A stretch of 64,000 nt of DNA from Negaprion brevirostris. Taxonomy: Eukaryota. Under the pieces are notes generated by a model. That model had not been told where the DNA came from. It ran no database searches and saw only the letters and a list, made by a program, of their open reading frames with translations. The translations under genes were made by a program, and so were the position numbers. Below, piece by piece: positions 11,131 through 24,569 of this stretch. Position 1 is the stretch's first letter; every line of letters starts with the position of its first letter. The stretch is taken from positions 98,833,997 to 98,897,996 of the forward strand of contig JARDVH010000001.1 of NCBI GenBank assembly GCA_030324005.1, given 5' to 3'.

Positions 11131-13964
11131 TCTACACTTATCTATTACGTGGTGCAGTGATAAGGATTTTGACACTGAACTTGCTTTTGTATTAATTAAA
11201 ACCAGTGGGTAACTTTATGAACAGAATTCTGTGTGTCACCTAATATATTGGTGAAATATTCTTCCACTAACTCAAAACACAGCATATGAATAATGGATAA
11301 CCCAAACACTGAAAAAGTAATGAGTATTCACTTCTAATTTAAAGTGCTAAAACTTTAATTTTTATATTTTTTTGCTGCACTATTGGTATTCATTCACACC
11401 TGCTTGCTGCCATCTTCATTCCTGTTGCACGAAGGAACATTTCAAGCTTATTATCCTGAATAAAGGCATTTTGGGTCATCAATCCTAATGAGAATCATTT
11501 TTGTTGTGGAGTTAAATAAATCCCAGCAAGGACAATATCGGGTGTTACTATAACAATGTTTTCATCAGACAAATGTTAGATTGTAAAATTGTAATTAGAG
11601 AACTGTTCAGCAGCAATCAGTTCCATACAAGGGCAGAAATACTTACAGGATGACAGATTGTAAATTAAGCTCACAGTTGTTGAAATTTTAATATGATGGT
11701 TCAGTATCGCTCCTCCATAGTTACAATATTGGAACTACAGAGATAATAGGAATAATACTGCAATTATTCCAACGTCACAAGAGATCCATCTTTATTAGTC
11801 AAGAAGGGTTTGTTAATTTTTATTAGATAAGATTGCAGTTGTGTCACTTTTGAAGCACTGTGAAGCTATTTCATTCCAGGACAACTCCAAAACAACAACA
11901 CAACAGCAGAGAAAAGTCAGGATCTTACTCCAAAATGGAGTGGGGGTGTGAGTGGCTTGACAACGATAATTGCGTAGCACTTGGGCTTGACATTCTATAG
12001 AATTTAAGTCAGTGTATGATAATGTGGATTTAAAAAACTCCGCGGTGCTTCAGAAGACTTCCAGAAGACTTCATGAATTCAAACAGTAACTTTTAAAGTT
12101 TCAAGGTTTCAAGGCTCCCTGACTGCACCCTCTCCACATTGTGCAGCAATGATGTTCTCTACTGCCAATGAGAATGCCCTTTGCATCCTGGCAATGTGAT
12201 GGGTGTCTTGTTGCCTGCCAATTGTGCTCTGCAGCCACTGGTGTCAGACTTTGAGTTCATATTTTTTAAAGCCATCTACAAGATATCTATTTCCTCATCT
12301 GTCATTCCATGCTGTTTGTCGTCAATTTGTGTTAACAAATAGTGTGAAGAGTGAATTCCTTGAGCCTTCTTCCCCACACATTCCCACTAGGGTGCCACAT
12401 TTGAAGAGAACACAGACTGGAGAAAGGTCTGCAACAGCACTTTGGGTGAGATTGTCTCACCTAAACACTCTTTTAGATCGGTCTTCCAATGGTAATGCAT
12501 CATCAGTGAATTCAGCTTTAAATTTTCTGCGGATGAAACGTGAACACAACATTTAAATAGGATTGTGAAATGAATCACTAACTCCTTCCCTGATGGCTCA
12601 GTGGGTGAGACAAAGTCCCACATTTACTTTCCTAGTGTGGGACAGACATCAGTGATCCCAATCAGGGTAACTTTGAAGACGCTAAAATTGAACTCCATGT
12701 TCCTGGATTACAGAAAGTCAGAATGTCTTTGATCATCTTCCATTGACAGAACATATAAGACTTCCTGGAGGAAAGGGAGAAAATACATAAGTCACAAAGA
12801 GCACATATGTTCACTATCTTTGGATCATCTTGAAGAGTCAATTACAATAGTTACTTTTAAAACATACCGTCCGGAATACATCAATGTTCTCAGTTACATG
12901 TTCCTTAATTACTGAAAATTACCTTTAAATTTCAAATGGTTTACTTCATATCGGCAATAACAAGATTTTGCTGCAAATTGGAAATATTCCCAAACTGCAT
13001 GGACCATAAATCATTCACAGTGACATCAACCCCTTGATTAAACTGCCTTGCTTTGAATCCAGAAATGTTAATAGGCCACTGAAGAGGTAGGTTATTCTGT
13101 AATTTATGGTGTGCAATATTTTGAGAGGTGTAGTCTCCATGAGGGTGTCCAGGGCATTACAAGTTGTCACTGTAATAATAAGTATGCATTCTTTACATTT
13201 TCCATACAAGCTCAGTGGAAAAAGTGCATTAGTCATCTCAGTACTATCTTCCAAGAGTGCTAAAATTGCAATGAAATAACCCACAAATAATCAAATTTAC
13301 CTCAGTCATTTAGTTTACAAATGACTGCAGACAAAGCACAAGTAGTCTTTTGCAATGTTTAGGCAAAGACAACTGTTGCTGTAATAGATATTTACCATGG
13401 AATGTTGGCCTGTTGCCTCCCTGGATGCTGTAACTCAATTGATAGTGTTTGTTGTGGTTCTGTTTGCATGATGTTGGCATCGTATATGCCTCAGTTTACT
13501 TTTAGAGGAGTTCAGTCCGGTGATGTCTTTGAAAACTTAAATAAATTTGGCTTTCTCTTTATTTTACTTGACTGTGGCGAGGATTTTGTCTGCAGGGAAA
13601 ATGGTGGTAAAATATCTTTTGCTTCTCAAAGTATAAAGATTGAATTTAATGGGTTTATAAATATACATCATTGGACAACACCAATGGTTGTTACATTAGT
13701 AGTGAATGGCTACTTGCCAACAGAAGAAAGGTCACCAACAGAAAGTGAAACACTGGCTCATACTTACAATTGTCAACTGTTGATTGTTTTATCTCTGATC
13801 TTAAATTATAGCAGAACACCATAGCGATCAACCATCAAACCTGGAGTGCTTACCTTTTTCAACACAATCATATCTTTTCAGCTCTTAGTTGTGTGTCATT
13901 TAGCCATGACTTCCTGAAGCTAAATTAAATTAACGTCTTGATCTTGGTCTAACTCTTGCACTAA

Positions 13965-14172
13965 AGTTTAAAGTTTGTTTACCAGTGTCACAATTAGGCT
14001 TATGTTAGCATTGCAATGAAGTTACTACGAAAATCCCCTAGCCACCACACTCTGGAGCTTGTTCGGGTACACTGAGGGAGAATTTAGCATGGCCAATGCA
14101 CCTAACTAGCATGCCTTTTGGACTGTGGGAGGAAACCAGAGCACCCAGAGGAAACCCACACAGACACGGGGT
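13965..14172 (-). mobile_element. V-SINE, tail type B, 5'-truncated
   Basis: Tail and V domain match 60912-61213; head missing. Confidence 0.88.
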
Positions 14173-14652
14173 GCAACACATTGGATCTGACAAAAAAAAG
14201 CAGTTGTCGTTTCTTCTGGTGACATGTTGTGGTTATGATAAGTTGAGAGAAGTTACTTCAACTTATGAAAAGTCCAGAAAATATTTTTTTAAAAAGTTGT
14301 CTTGTCTGTGAATGCCACCTGTTGGATTGTGAGATATACTACATCACATTGTTGTACGTAATTGCTGTATTCTGTAAACATTCACCAGCAATCCTATGAG
14401 GATAATAAGTTGCAGTACTCAATATTATTAATAGTGTATGCCTGGATCCTCCAACAGCATTGCTGGTTATGACAATGAGTAGCAAAACCACAAAGACCAG
14501 AAATGTTTCAGGGTCAAGCCATGCTGAGTTGACTGAGCTCAGCTCAGAAGGATAAGCATTGGCATTAATGGATCTAGTTAGGGAGAAGGTAACCAGCCAA
14601 TGATCTGGCTTCTGACTCTTTGTCCATTCATTAACATGGGATGAAAGCTGAA

Positions 14653-14975
14653 GGGAGGCAATGGCCTAGTGGTATTATCACTAGACTATTAATCCAGAAA
14701 CTCAACCAATGTTCTGGGGATCCAGGTTTGAATTCAATGAAAAATATCTGGAATTAAGAAGCAACCGATGATCATGAAACTATTGCCGGAAAACCCATCT
14801 GGTTCACTAATGCTCTTTAGGGAAGGAAATGCTGTCTTTATCTGGTCTGGCTTGCATATGACACTAGATCCACAGAAATGTGGTTGACTCGCAACTGCCC
14901 GCTGAACAAGGGCAACTAGGAATGGGAAATAAATACTGGCCTTCCAGTGACGCCCACGTCCCATGAATGAATTTT
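14653..14975 (+). mobile_element. tRNA-derived SINE (family C)
   Basis: A box TGGCCTAGTGG, B-box-like GGTTTGAATTC, tail CCCACGTCCCATGAATGAA. Inverse of 31885-32240. Confidence 0.85.
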
Positions 14976-15340
14976 AAAAAAAGGTTTGGTTTTGTGCTCT
15001 CCATTGTGGCCTGCTGGCTCTTACTTCTCTATGCTCACTTGCTTACTTGTCTGAGTTGGAGGGATATCCCAAGAGTAACAGCCTGGAAGCAATCCCTAGC
15101 ACAGAATGAATGGTTCTCAGAGGGGAGGAGAAAAGGATAAAGCAGTGAAATAAATAAATGTCATTCAGGTTCTCTGAAGAATTGAGACACAATTAGAACA
15201 TTTAACAAGATAGGCAGTGAACTGTCCACTGGAATAATGCTGACACTTTAAATGCATTCTATGAGAGGTCGTTGTTGCCTCCGATTAGTTCTAATGTTAA
15301 AAGATAACTATGCAGTTTAGTTTTTATATTAAAGGACTAT

Positions 15341-16404
15341 TGGCTGCCAAATTCAGCTCTTGGTGATATTAGTTTTTGTACAACGGGGCAAATGGAATCC
15401 TTTTTGGCGAGGGCAATCGCAGGCGTGTTAGGTGTGAGCACCGGAAGGGTGCAGAGTAGACGGGTTGGGACCCCTCAATGTGGAATGCTGCTTAGACTCT
15501 AGCAGCACCAACTTTGACCTCAATGTTCCAGTTAGCACCCTCTCAAACATGCACAGCTGAACATGCAGTCAGAGGCAGGAAGGATGGAAATCCCCACCAG
15601 CATTATCTAAAGGGACCGTTAACGGTTTGAAGATTAGTTGGTGATTAATTCCTGAGAGTTTTCTATTGCTACTTGGAGAAGTCTACAGGAGTGGTGCTGT
15701 GATGGTGCATGCCCATCAACCGTGTTCAACCCAGTCCCATCAAATTCCACATTTGAGTTCTGAATATCAAATCTCATCTTCAGGGGAGCTGGCATCTGTG
15801 CTATCTGTTCCCATTGGCCTGGCTGCAAAGCAGCCATGGTCAGTGACTCATCACCTCCAGATCCCACTGGTATACAATGCTCTAAATTATGCACATTGCC
15901 AAGTGCCTGAGCTGTTGTCTGCAAATATGAAAGCGAGTGACTGTGATTTTTTGTCATCAGTCTCTTCTTCTTCTTCTTGTGCTTGACACTGCTTCATCAG
16001 TGCAGATATTTGGTATCTGAAAGGAGGAATCTACAAGATAATCTACAAGATTGAAAGATAAAAACATAGGGCCTGATTTTACCATCACGTTGCGCCTGTT
16101 TTTGAACACGAAAACTTGGTAAAGTCAGGCGCAAGGTGAATAGCATGATCCACACCTGCCTCTGCATTGTTCCCCCTTTACTAGGGCCCAAAAATGGCCA
16201 CAATCGGGACCGCGCCCAAAATGGGTGCATGCATTTAAACTGATTTAATGGAGTTGCACTCCCAACTTTACTGGCATTTCTCCCTTTACCGCCGTGTTTG
16301 CCCATCCAGAATCGGCGCAAAACAGGCATGCTCCATATAAGTCCGATTTGGTGCTCTGTCAGTGAGGGTGAGTGAGGAGATAAGTGTCGAGCATCCCATG
16401 GCTC
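15341..16404. mobile_element. Composite Harbinger/PIF-like DNA transposon remnants
   Basis: Terminal-like starts at about 15341 and 16069 (GGGCCTGATTTTACC). The minus strand carries a frameshifted acidic coding remnant (AQEEEEETDDKK...LQPGQWEQIAQMPA) behind an acceptor-like CCTCCTTTCAG, resembling Harbinger Myb/SANT partner ORFs (inference). Confidence 0.45.
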
Positions 16405-16961
16405 TCTGCTTGAGATTGGTGAGGNNNNNNNNNNNNNNNNNNNNNNNNNNNNNNNNNNNNNNNNNNNNNNNNNNNNNNNNNNNNNNNNNNNNNNNNNNNN
16501 NNNNNNNNNNNNNNNNNNNNNNNNNNNNNNNNNNNNNNNNNNNNNNNNNNNNNNNNNNNNNNNNNNNNNNNNNNNNNNNNNNNNNNNNNNNNNNNNNNNN
16601 NNNNNNNNNNNNNNNNNNNNNNNNNNNNNNNNNNNNNNNNNNNNNNNNNNNNNNNNNNNNNNNNNNNNNNNNNNNNNNNNNNNNNNNNNNNNNNNNNNNN
16701 NNNNNNNNNNNNNNNNNNNNNNNNNNNNNNNNNNNNNNNNNNNNNNNNNNNNNNNNNNNNNNNNNNNNNNNNNNNNNNNNNNNNNNNNNNNNNNNNNNNN
16801 NNNNNNNNNNNNNNNNNNNNNNNNNNNNNNNNNNNNNNNNNNNNNNNNNNNNNNNNNNNNNNNNNNNNNNNNNNNNNNNNNNNNNNNNNNNNNNNNNNNN
16901 NNNNNNNNNNNNNNNNNNNNNNNNNNNNNNNNNNNNNNNNNNNNNNNNNNNNNNNNNNNNN

Positions 16962-17038
16962 CAGACGTTAAACTAACCGGCCTATAATTCCCTGCCTTTT
17001 GCCTGCCACCCTTCTTAAACAACGGCGTAACATTAGCT
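16962..17038 (-). mobile_element. CR1 reverse-transcriptase fragment running into an N gap
   Basis: ANVTPLFKKGGRQKAGNYRPVSLTS, the canonical CR1 RT N-terminal motif. Confidence 0.92.
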
Positions 17039-17502
17039 TTGAAGGTGTGATATGAATCATGAGTGATGAAGATTGTTAATAGATGAGTGATAAGAATGTG
17101 ATACTTTGAGCACTGTTTGAGGCTAGTAGTGTACATGGTGGAATGTTGTGCTAGAAGATGCATTCACCGACTTTGGTCACTCACATGAAGTCATTGAATT
17201 TCTTGTGGCACCATATCCACGCCCTCACGGCTATACCCCTGACATTGTGCTCCATGGTTGTCCAATGCCACTGTCTACACAAAGTTGGTCCGGAGGGTGT
17301 CCTGGCCCATGTAAATGGAGAAGCTCACTCCTCCCATTTGCTCCCACTTGCTTAACCAGTGCTGCATTGGAGAAGGAGCCTGGTCTCTACCGTGTTGCAC
17401 CATTCCTGTGGTAATCTTGCCTTGGTAATGGCTCTCATCCAGACAAGGAAATGGAGGACCTATCATCTGTTGACACAGGTTGACAAAGATTGACAAAAAT
17501 TC

Positions 17503-17575
17503 CTGTCAGCTCCTTTCTCTCCTTACAGATGCTGCATGACCTGCTGAGATTTTCCAGCATTTTCTCTTTTGGTTG
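17503..17575 (+). mobile_element. Single arm of the Penelope-type repeat
   Basis: Closely matches 7065-7135 (CAGCTC...GACCTGCTGAGATTTTCCAGCATTTTCTCTTT). Confidence 0.75.
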
Positions 17576-19267
17576 CACCATTCCTGTGTCTTTCCCAGGT
17601 CCAGTCACAGCTGCACTAAATTCCAGCCCTTGCTGCAGCAAAATTACAACCCCCTTTAAAATCTGCAGGCTTTCTTTAAGTAGAGCAGGCTAGCTTGAAC
17701 TGATGCCAGCCTCTCAAGACTTTGCCTCCACTAATCAGGTGTGCAGCCACTGAGCAGCATGCTTTGCATTGCTTGCACACCACAGTTATATAAGAGAACT
17801 AACAGTGAGAAATCAGTATGCTGTCAGCATCAGTACCTAGAGGCACAGCTTAGACATGTATCAAGAACCCCATGCCCATTTCCAAGCCTCAAATAACTTT
17901 TCCCTCACTATCTTGATCACTGGTGACACTGAATAACAACAAGATATGAGAATGCAATTTGCTATGAATTAGCTCATTGTTGTATTCAACATGTTGCTCA
18001 CACACAGGTGATGCAGAATAAACACAAGATTTAGGTTTAGTTTCCACACTTAATAGTGCACCAATGATTACCCATGATCATTATATAATGAAGCAGCTGG
18101 CAAACAGAGGTCAATTTAATAACATGATGTGACATTGAACAAAGATACACAAAGCAAAAGAAATAGGATTTCCAAAGTCTGGAACGTACCAAAATGCTCC
18201 TGATTATTAAACCAGATTGAAAGTCTTGACTGGACATACCCGAATGAAGAGGTACTTAACAGAAATAGCGTAGCTGCAGAGAGCTTTGAAATCAGTTGTC
18301 AGGTCTAACTACACATTTGCAGAGTCAGGTATATTCTGGAATGTTCTTCAGCAGGTTGTTTGCCAGGTTGCCATGGCACAGTTGGGAGCAGGGTGGTTGG
18401 GGGCACGGGTAGTTCTCTATTGTGGCATGTGAAAGGATTCCAGAGTCATCAGGGCTAGATATAAATCTTTAAAGCACGAAAGGGACCATTGTCACAGTGG
18501 GCATTGTGCCCTATGCCAACAGGACAGAAAAGCTCAGATATACTGCCTGCGTTGTACGTTATACTGTTTGTTTGGTTTTGTGCTCCCACACTGCAACATG
18601 CTTGAAATCTTCATCCAATCATTCGTACAACTACTTTTATTCAAAAACAGGAAATAAGTCAAACACTACCCACGAAAAACACACTGTAATCACCATTAAA
18701 GCTTGTTACATCNNNNNNNNNNNNNNNNNNNATTTGAGCAGTATTATTTTCTATTTGAGACAGCATAATTGCTGCAATGCACGCCACATTACAGAAGAGC
18801 TGCTAGCTGCCAAAGCTCATGCAGTGAAGCCAAGCAAGTTCAAAAGTCAATTGAGGTTAATAGGACTCTGAACCCTCTGGCACTACTATGGGGTTGCTGG
18901 ACCACCAGAGAAATCCACTTATCAGATAAATAATCAATCAGAAGCAAACTGCATGATTCCTCAGTGCAAATGATTTTCTGCTTCTGTGCTCTCAAGCCCA
19001 GCCATTATAAATTAATGAGTTGGAAATCACAGGCACAGTGGTGTGAATTCCTCACTCATGACCTTTACAGACAATGTTAAAATCTGTTTTAATGATTACA
19101 GACCTTGCAGCAATGTTGTTTAAATATGATTACCAAGGAATGGCTACAAATATAAAATATCTTGTCATGATTCACCATCTAGTTGCCATTCAGAATCTCT
19201 TTAAGAACCAAAAGCATGGAAATTGAAAATGCTGTTTGGGATTTTGAGTCCATTCCTTTTAAAGACA

Positions 19268-19925
19268 ATGGGTGGAGTTTTCCACTAAGTTCTGTGGTGG
19301 GTGGGAAAATCAGTATGATTCCCACTGGGTGATGTCATGGGTGATCATGAGTGATCTTCCACTTTTCAACTCTATTAAATAGGAATCCATGAGGCATTCA
19401 GTGAACCTTGTAGGCAGAGCAGGCAGAAAACTGCCCAAGACCTCATGGAGTTAAAGGTCCTAGTGCCATATTTGAAGGCACCCAGACCAAGATTCACTCA
19501 GTACATGCCAGGAGCTCAGCATTAGTCCTCCAGAGTCCTTGTGGCCACAGCTCATACTGAAAAAGCTGGCAAATGTGAGCAACCACATCCCAGGACATAT
19601 GAGGGCACTTCCAACATTGCCTTTTGTTAATTTCTGAATAAGAACACCACATTCAGGGTAATGCTCGTTGTTGCAGTTTTCTATGGTCACCCATCTCGAC
19701 TTTATGGAGGCCCTGCTGCCTCTTGTTGCTCGGGCTCTTTCTCCTCCAGGCCCAGTGTCAACAGGTGATAGGTCCTCCATTTCCTTGTTTGGGCGAGATC
19801 CATTACCAAGGCAGGATCACCTGCAGCCTGCATCATTGATGCCTCAATGGATATCTGAATGAATTGAGGTGATACATTTAGTGGACTTCACCTTTTACGG
19901 GTTTCCCCATTTTAAAGCCAGCAGG
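19268..19925. mobile_element. Putative Harbinger-like non-autonomous element
   Basis: 19750-19820 is an inverted homolog of 17410-17480 (GGAAATGGAGGACCTATCA.CTGTTGACAC). Starts with terminal-like GGGTGGAGTTTT. Confidence 0.45.
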
Positions 19926-21399
19926 CAATTATTAAATCATTGTGCCAATCGTCATTTTATCTCAATGTAATTGTCATCCAGAGTGATATGTCAGCTGAGA
20001 GAACCCTGTGACATTTTAGCTGCTTTTCTATCTCATAAGGTACGACCATCACGAGAAATTAAAAATGATTTTAGATCATTTTATATTTCTAAAACATTAA
20101 CATAATTTCTGATTAAATGTCATTCTCAAATTGGATGAATTGACTGTAAAGTCAAGGCTGCAAGGCTTTGAATGTTTTGGAGACAATATAAATTACAAAT
20201 TAAGTTTGATTGTCCCTTTTTGCACTTGCTACTTCTTCCACAACAACTTCAGTGAGTTTGGCATTGATTGAAAGCAGGTAATTAAATATGTGAATCAGTT
20301 TTTCTGTGTAAGGATCAGCTGCATGATTAACATCATGAAAAAAGACACATTGGGTTTGTATCATGGTAAAATTCCCTTTCCTACAGGTTATTGTCNNNNN
20401 NNNNNNNNNNNNNNNNNNNNNNNNNNNNNNNNNNNNNNNNNNNNNNNNNNNGCTTTAAACTTATTTAAACAGGTTTTTAACAGGTAATTTCTTATCTGTC
20501 TCTCTGCTCCTTCACTCGTCTGCTCCAGAAAACAAATGTCCCAGCCCTTTGTGCTGTTGAATAACTTCAGTTCTGCATAATCATTAGGTGCATTATTAAT
20601 TATTCAAAAGATAATCTACACTTAATCTGAAAGAAAAACTTTGCAGATTAAAACTGATGAAAATTTCAAGGGGTTGTCGACTGGGTCCTTACACCTAAAG
20701 TGGGTTCATTTATGTTTCTTGCATGGAATTTATTTTTAAGTAAATTAATTTCTGAAAGGCTTTTCTATGCAACCTGAATGGGGAAAAATGTTGAGCATAA
20801 AATAACTAAGTATACATGCTTTACTGATGTCAGTCAAAATGAATCCCAATAGATCCGCCTTCCAACCATTGGTACCAATATGTCCCAGCTGTTAACAGAC
20901 TGGCTGGGAAATTACTATAAATTTAATCTCTAAGGAGGGTCTCAGAAAAACTCAGTGCAGATAAATGAAAAGAAACTACTCCTGATTGCGTTAAAAGTAT
21001 CGTCAACACGATGGCATAAATGTTAGGAAGTTGCGCACTTCGGTCACTGGGTGAATCTATCTCAAGGCTAATTTTTAGATCTCTTTAAGAGATGATTGTA
21101 CTTCACAACAGGAAAGAGATTACAGCTTGAATTTAATACTTCCCCTTGGTGGGTTTTAAGGGAAGAGGGAACATGAAATTGCAAGGACAGGATCCCCTCT
21201 GGGATCCCCCACCTTACTCTGGACACAATTTTACAGTGGGGTGGGCAGGACCTGGGATAGAAAGCCTGCCCTTGCCCCAATTTAAGGCCCTTAAGTGTCC
21301 AGTTAGAGGCCCTTTCCTGTCCAGTCTCAATTTGCAGGCTGTGCTGAGTGGGAAATGAAAGAATTCACATTTGTGTGGGAAGGCTGTGGGGGGTGGAAG

Positions 21400-21590
21400 A
21401 GGAACATTGAAACTAGTAGGTAATTTGACCCTTCAAGCCTGCTCCGCCATTCATTTTGATCATGGCTGATCATCGAGTTCAATATCCCAATCCCTTTCCT
21501 CTCCTCCACCCCTCCCCATATCCCTTGGTTCCTTTAGCCCAAGAGCTAGATCTAATTTCTTCTTGAAATCAGACAACATTTTGCTTCCAT
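21400..21590 (-). mobile_element. CR1 3' end, apparently inserted in a GC-rich MITE-like element (about 21221-21790)
   Basis: CCCTTCAAGCCTGCTCCGCCATTCA...ATCATGGCTGAT is a reversed CR1 tail, with GC-rich flanks on both sides. Confidence 0.75.
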
Positions 21591-23354
21591 TGTCTCCACT
21601 GAAAGTCTCCTTCCATCTGGGGACACCCTTTCCTCAAGAACTGGATACCTCCGGACTTCCCTCCAAATCCCTTTTTCTCTGGCCCATTACACAATAATCC
21701 AATCACCTCCCTGGCAACCCAGCATTCCCAGCTTTCTGGATGAGGGTGGGGGGCAGCGGTTGGGCCTCTGTCATGCAAAAGATTCAAGCCTAAGACTAGA
21801 ATCAGAGGAAGGTCAAGGCTAAAATAAATCTTTTTCAGAAGATTCTGCACGTAAAGGCAAATTATTTCACTTCTGTTGCTCACCCAAAACTCAAGCTTTC
21901 AATGCTCTCCTTCCTTCCTCTTCCAGTTTTAATTTTTCTGGCCCCTATATTTTGCTAGCTTTTAACTTAGTCACATTGTTTCTGGTTCTTTGGTGTTACT
22001 TAGCATTTATATTAAATTTCATTTTGTTTTCATACCCCATCTTTATATTAGTTTTTTATTCACGTAACATTACATAGAGCATACAGCAGAAAAACAGTCC
22101 ATTCAATCCAAACAGTCTGGTATTAATGCTGCACTGGAGCCTCCTCCCATCCTTTCTAATCTAACTCTTATTAGCATAACCCTATATTCCCTTCTCTCCA
22201 TATACTTAAAGGTAATCCCCTGGTTGCCAGTCACAGCATTTATTATTAGTCCACTGTCAGTGATACTTTATTATTCTTTGGCAATCTATGGGCAAGATTT
22301 CCTCTGGGTATTAATTGTAACAAAATTGTGAATTAATTCTTTATAAATTTAGCCATGAATAGTGTCTCGAGAAAATAGTATAATCTCCTAGTCACTATTT
22401 GGGATGACTTGGACAGGGAAGTATTGCCTCCAGTCTGTGACTTTTCATATCAGTTTACACCCTATACGGGTAAACAGCCATTTATAACAAATAACATTTT
22501 CACCTTCTAGGTAATTCGTATATATTTTATAACCGCAAGAGAACAGATTCTGAATCAGATCAATATGTTTCACTCTGAAGAAAACTTAAACAGCAAGATT
22601 TGAACACATTGGAAACCCACTCACTTAGTGAAAATTGGATCCAATTGCCAAAATCGGCTCCACTGACTTCATGCTTGGCATTGTTCCATTCTGGACCATA
22701 GCTTCAACGCATTAATGGTCTCAGAAAATGGAGCTCCCTACTCAATAACTTGACTGAGTCCCTTGAAGATCTGACCAGTGTCATAGATGATAACCGCTCT
22801 GTTCATGTTACATAACTTGAGTTCCAACAAAAATCTTTCACAAAGTGCAAAATGGAAGGCCATTGAAAGAGTTCAAATAATCTATAGGACAGATATACTG
22901 GATAACTAATTGAATGAAATGTTGCTGGCAGAGGATGTCATTCATGGACCATCACGCCAGGTCTCTGCCGGTGGAGGCCGGTAGTGATTCGTGCCGTTAT
23001 CGTGCCATGCCCAAAGGCCAGAGACTTCCATATGCTATGATTGGAACAGACCATATATGTTTAAGTGCTACTTTAAATATGGCCTTGCCCCTTTCTGGAT
23101 GCCATCCAGTTCACACCATTAGGAAGGGACCGGAAGACTTTCAAAATATTTGGTGCTATGTGCAAAACTGATCTTTAGGCCCGCACGCCAATCTCCAAGC
23201 TTGGTGTGATCTGCGCAAGGCGAGAATTACACCCAATCTGTTGAATTTTTATGCCCCTTCATACCAATGAATATCAGGAGGACGATCAGAATGATATCCA
23301 ACTTCAGGGCTTCAGTTAGTTATCAGGATTTTGAGAACCAGAGAGTTAGTGACA

Positions 23355-24170
23355 ATGAGCAGGATTTTATCACCTCATCACGCCTGTCGATTGGCACAGT
23401 GATTTGAGAAAATGTGTGAAGCTAAAAATCCAATTTGTGCCTGCTGCAAAACAAATTGCTATCTTCCCTGCCCCTTTTTTGGGCGCAAAGCCTATTAGCA
23501 GCAGATTGACTGGATTTCCATAACATTAGGAAGTTCGGCACGCTTGCTTCCCTCTCCCAGATGCTTGCCACCTCTCTGGCAAGACATCAAGCCAGCACAC
23601 ATCACTACTGGTCTCCACTAGCAGAGGCCAGGCACTAAAGCCATGTCAGGGGATCAGAGGTCATTGAAGCTCCTAGGTGGTCAGGGGAATGGCTGGGCAG
23701 TGCTCACCTGGCACACTGGATATGTCAGTTGGGCACTGTACCAGAGGCAATGTCAAGGGTATGGGAGCCCAAGTGAGGTCGGATCGACATAGGCTATGCC
23801 CAGGGTGGAGGGGCAGGGGGTTGGCCTATGCAGGCAGAGGGTGGTTCGCGAAGGGGCTCAGGACAGGGTGTGGGTGGGAAGGGTTTGCCAGAGGACACAC
23901 CAGGAGGGCTTTGCTAATGCTCCGTTTCAGTGTGAGGAAAGAACGTGCTGCCGATGAAGCGGTGGGTTGGTCCAATGTCTGTGAGGGTGGAGGAGGTTTC
24001 CAAGTTCACTAGGGTGATCAAGGTGCCCTGGCGAAATGGTGGATGGCAGCCAGCGCTCTGAAACTGGTTTCACAGAAGTGTTGCAAGATTGCAATGCCGA
24101 AACAATCAGTGCCGATTACTTCAGATTTCTCACCATTACGACACTTAAATTGTTTTCTGAAAATTTTGTC
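23355..24170. mobile_element. Putative Harbinger-like non-autonomous element
   Basis: Starts GAGCAGGATTTTATC, has a GC/G-rich interior and ends GAAAATTTTGTCC. Architecture resembles the 16069 and 33563 elements. Confidence 0.4.
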
Positions 24171-24569
24171 CAACATGATGAAGTTTTTAAATTGGTGAAG
24201 GGATTGGAAACAAGTTGGTTGGAGAGCTTATTTGGGTTAGATTGCTAAGTTGTTGAAATACAATCATGAGGAAGGGTTATGTATTCAATTCTTATTTGAC
24301 ACATGTACATGTGATTCTCTGTCAGTATGCTAGGAATTCGGAAGAGTTACATTTTCCTTTATTGATACTCTGGCATACTTGCTGAGTTATTAGTGGTTTG
24401 GAATCATTCCCACTTGCATTTGGGAGAATTGGTTCTTCGAACCTCGTGAACTTTAATCCAAATTTGAAGTACTTATCCAATGAAAAGTATCCAATGTTAA
24501 AAGTGTGTAGCCCTTCTAACAGAGATGACACAATTTGCTCAGTATTTGCAGTTTCATGGTTTATCAACG

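Noticed and set aside
12203-12556. 117-aa ORF with internal donor-like TGG|GTGAGA
   Set aside because: No recognisable homology and weak acceptor.
13402-13824. 140-aa Cys-rich plus-strand ORF
   Set aside because: No recognisable domain or splice context; length is compatible with chance.
15997-17163. 388-aa ORF
   Set aside because: Largely X from the N gap; joins a CR1 fragment to unrelated sequence.
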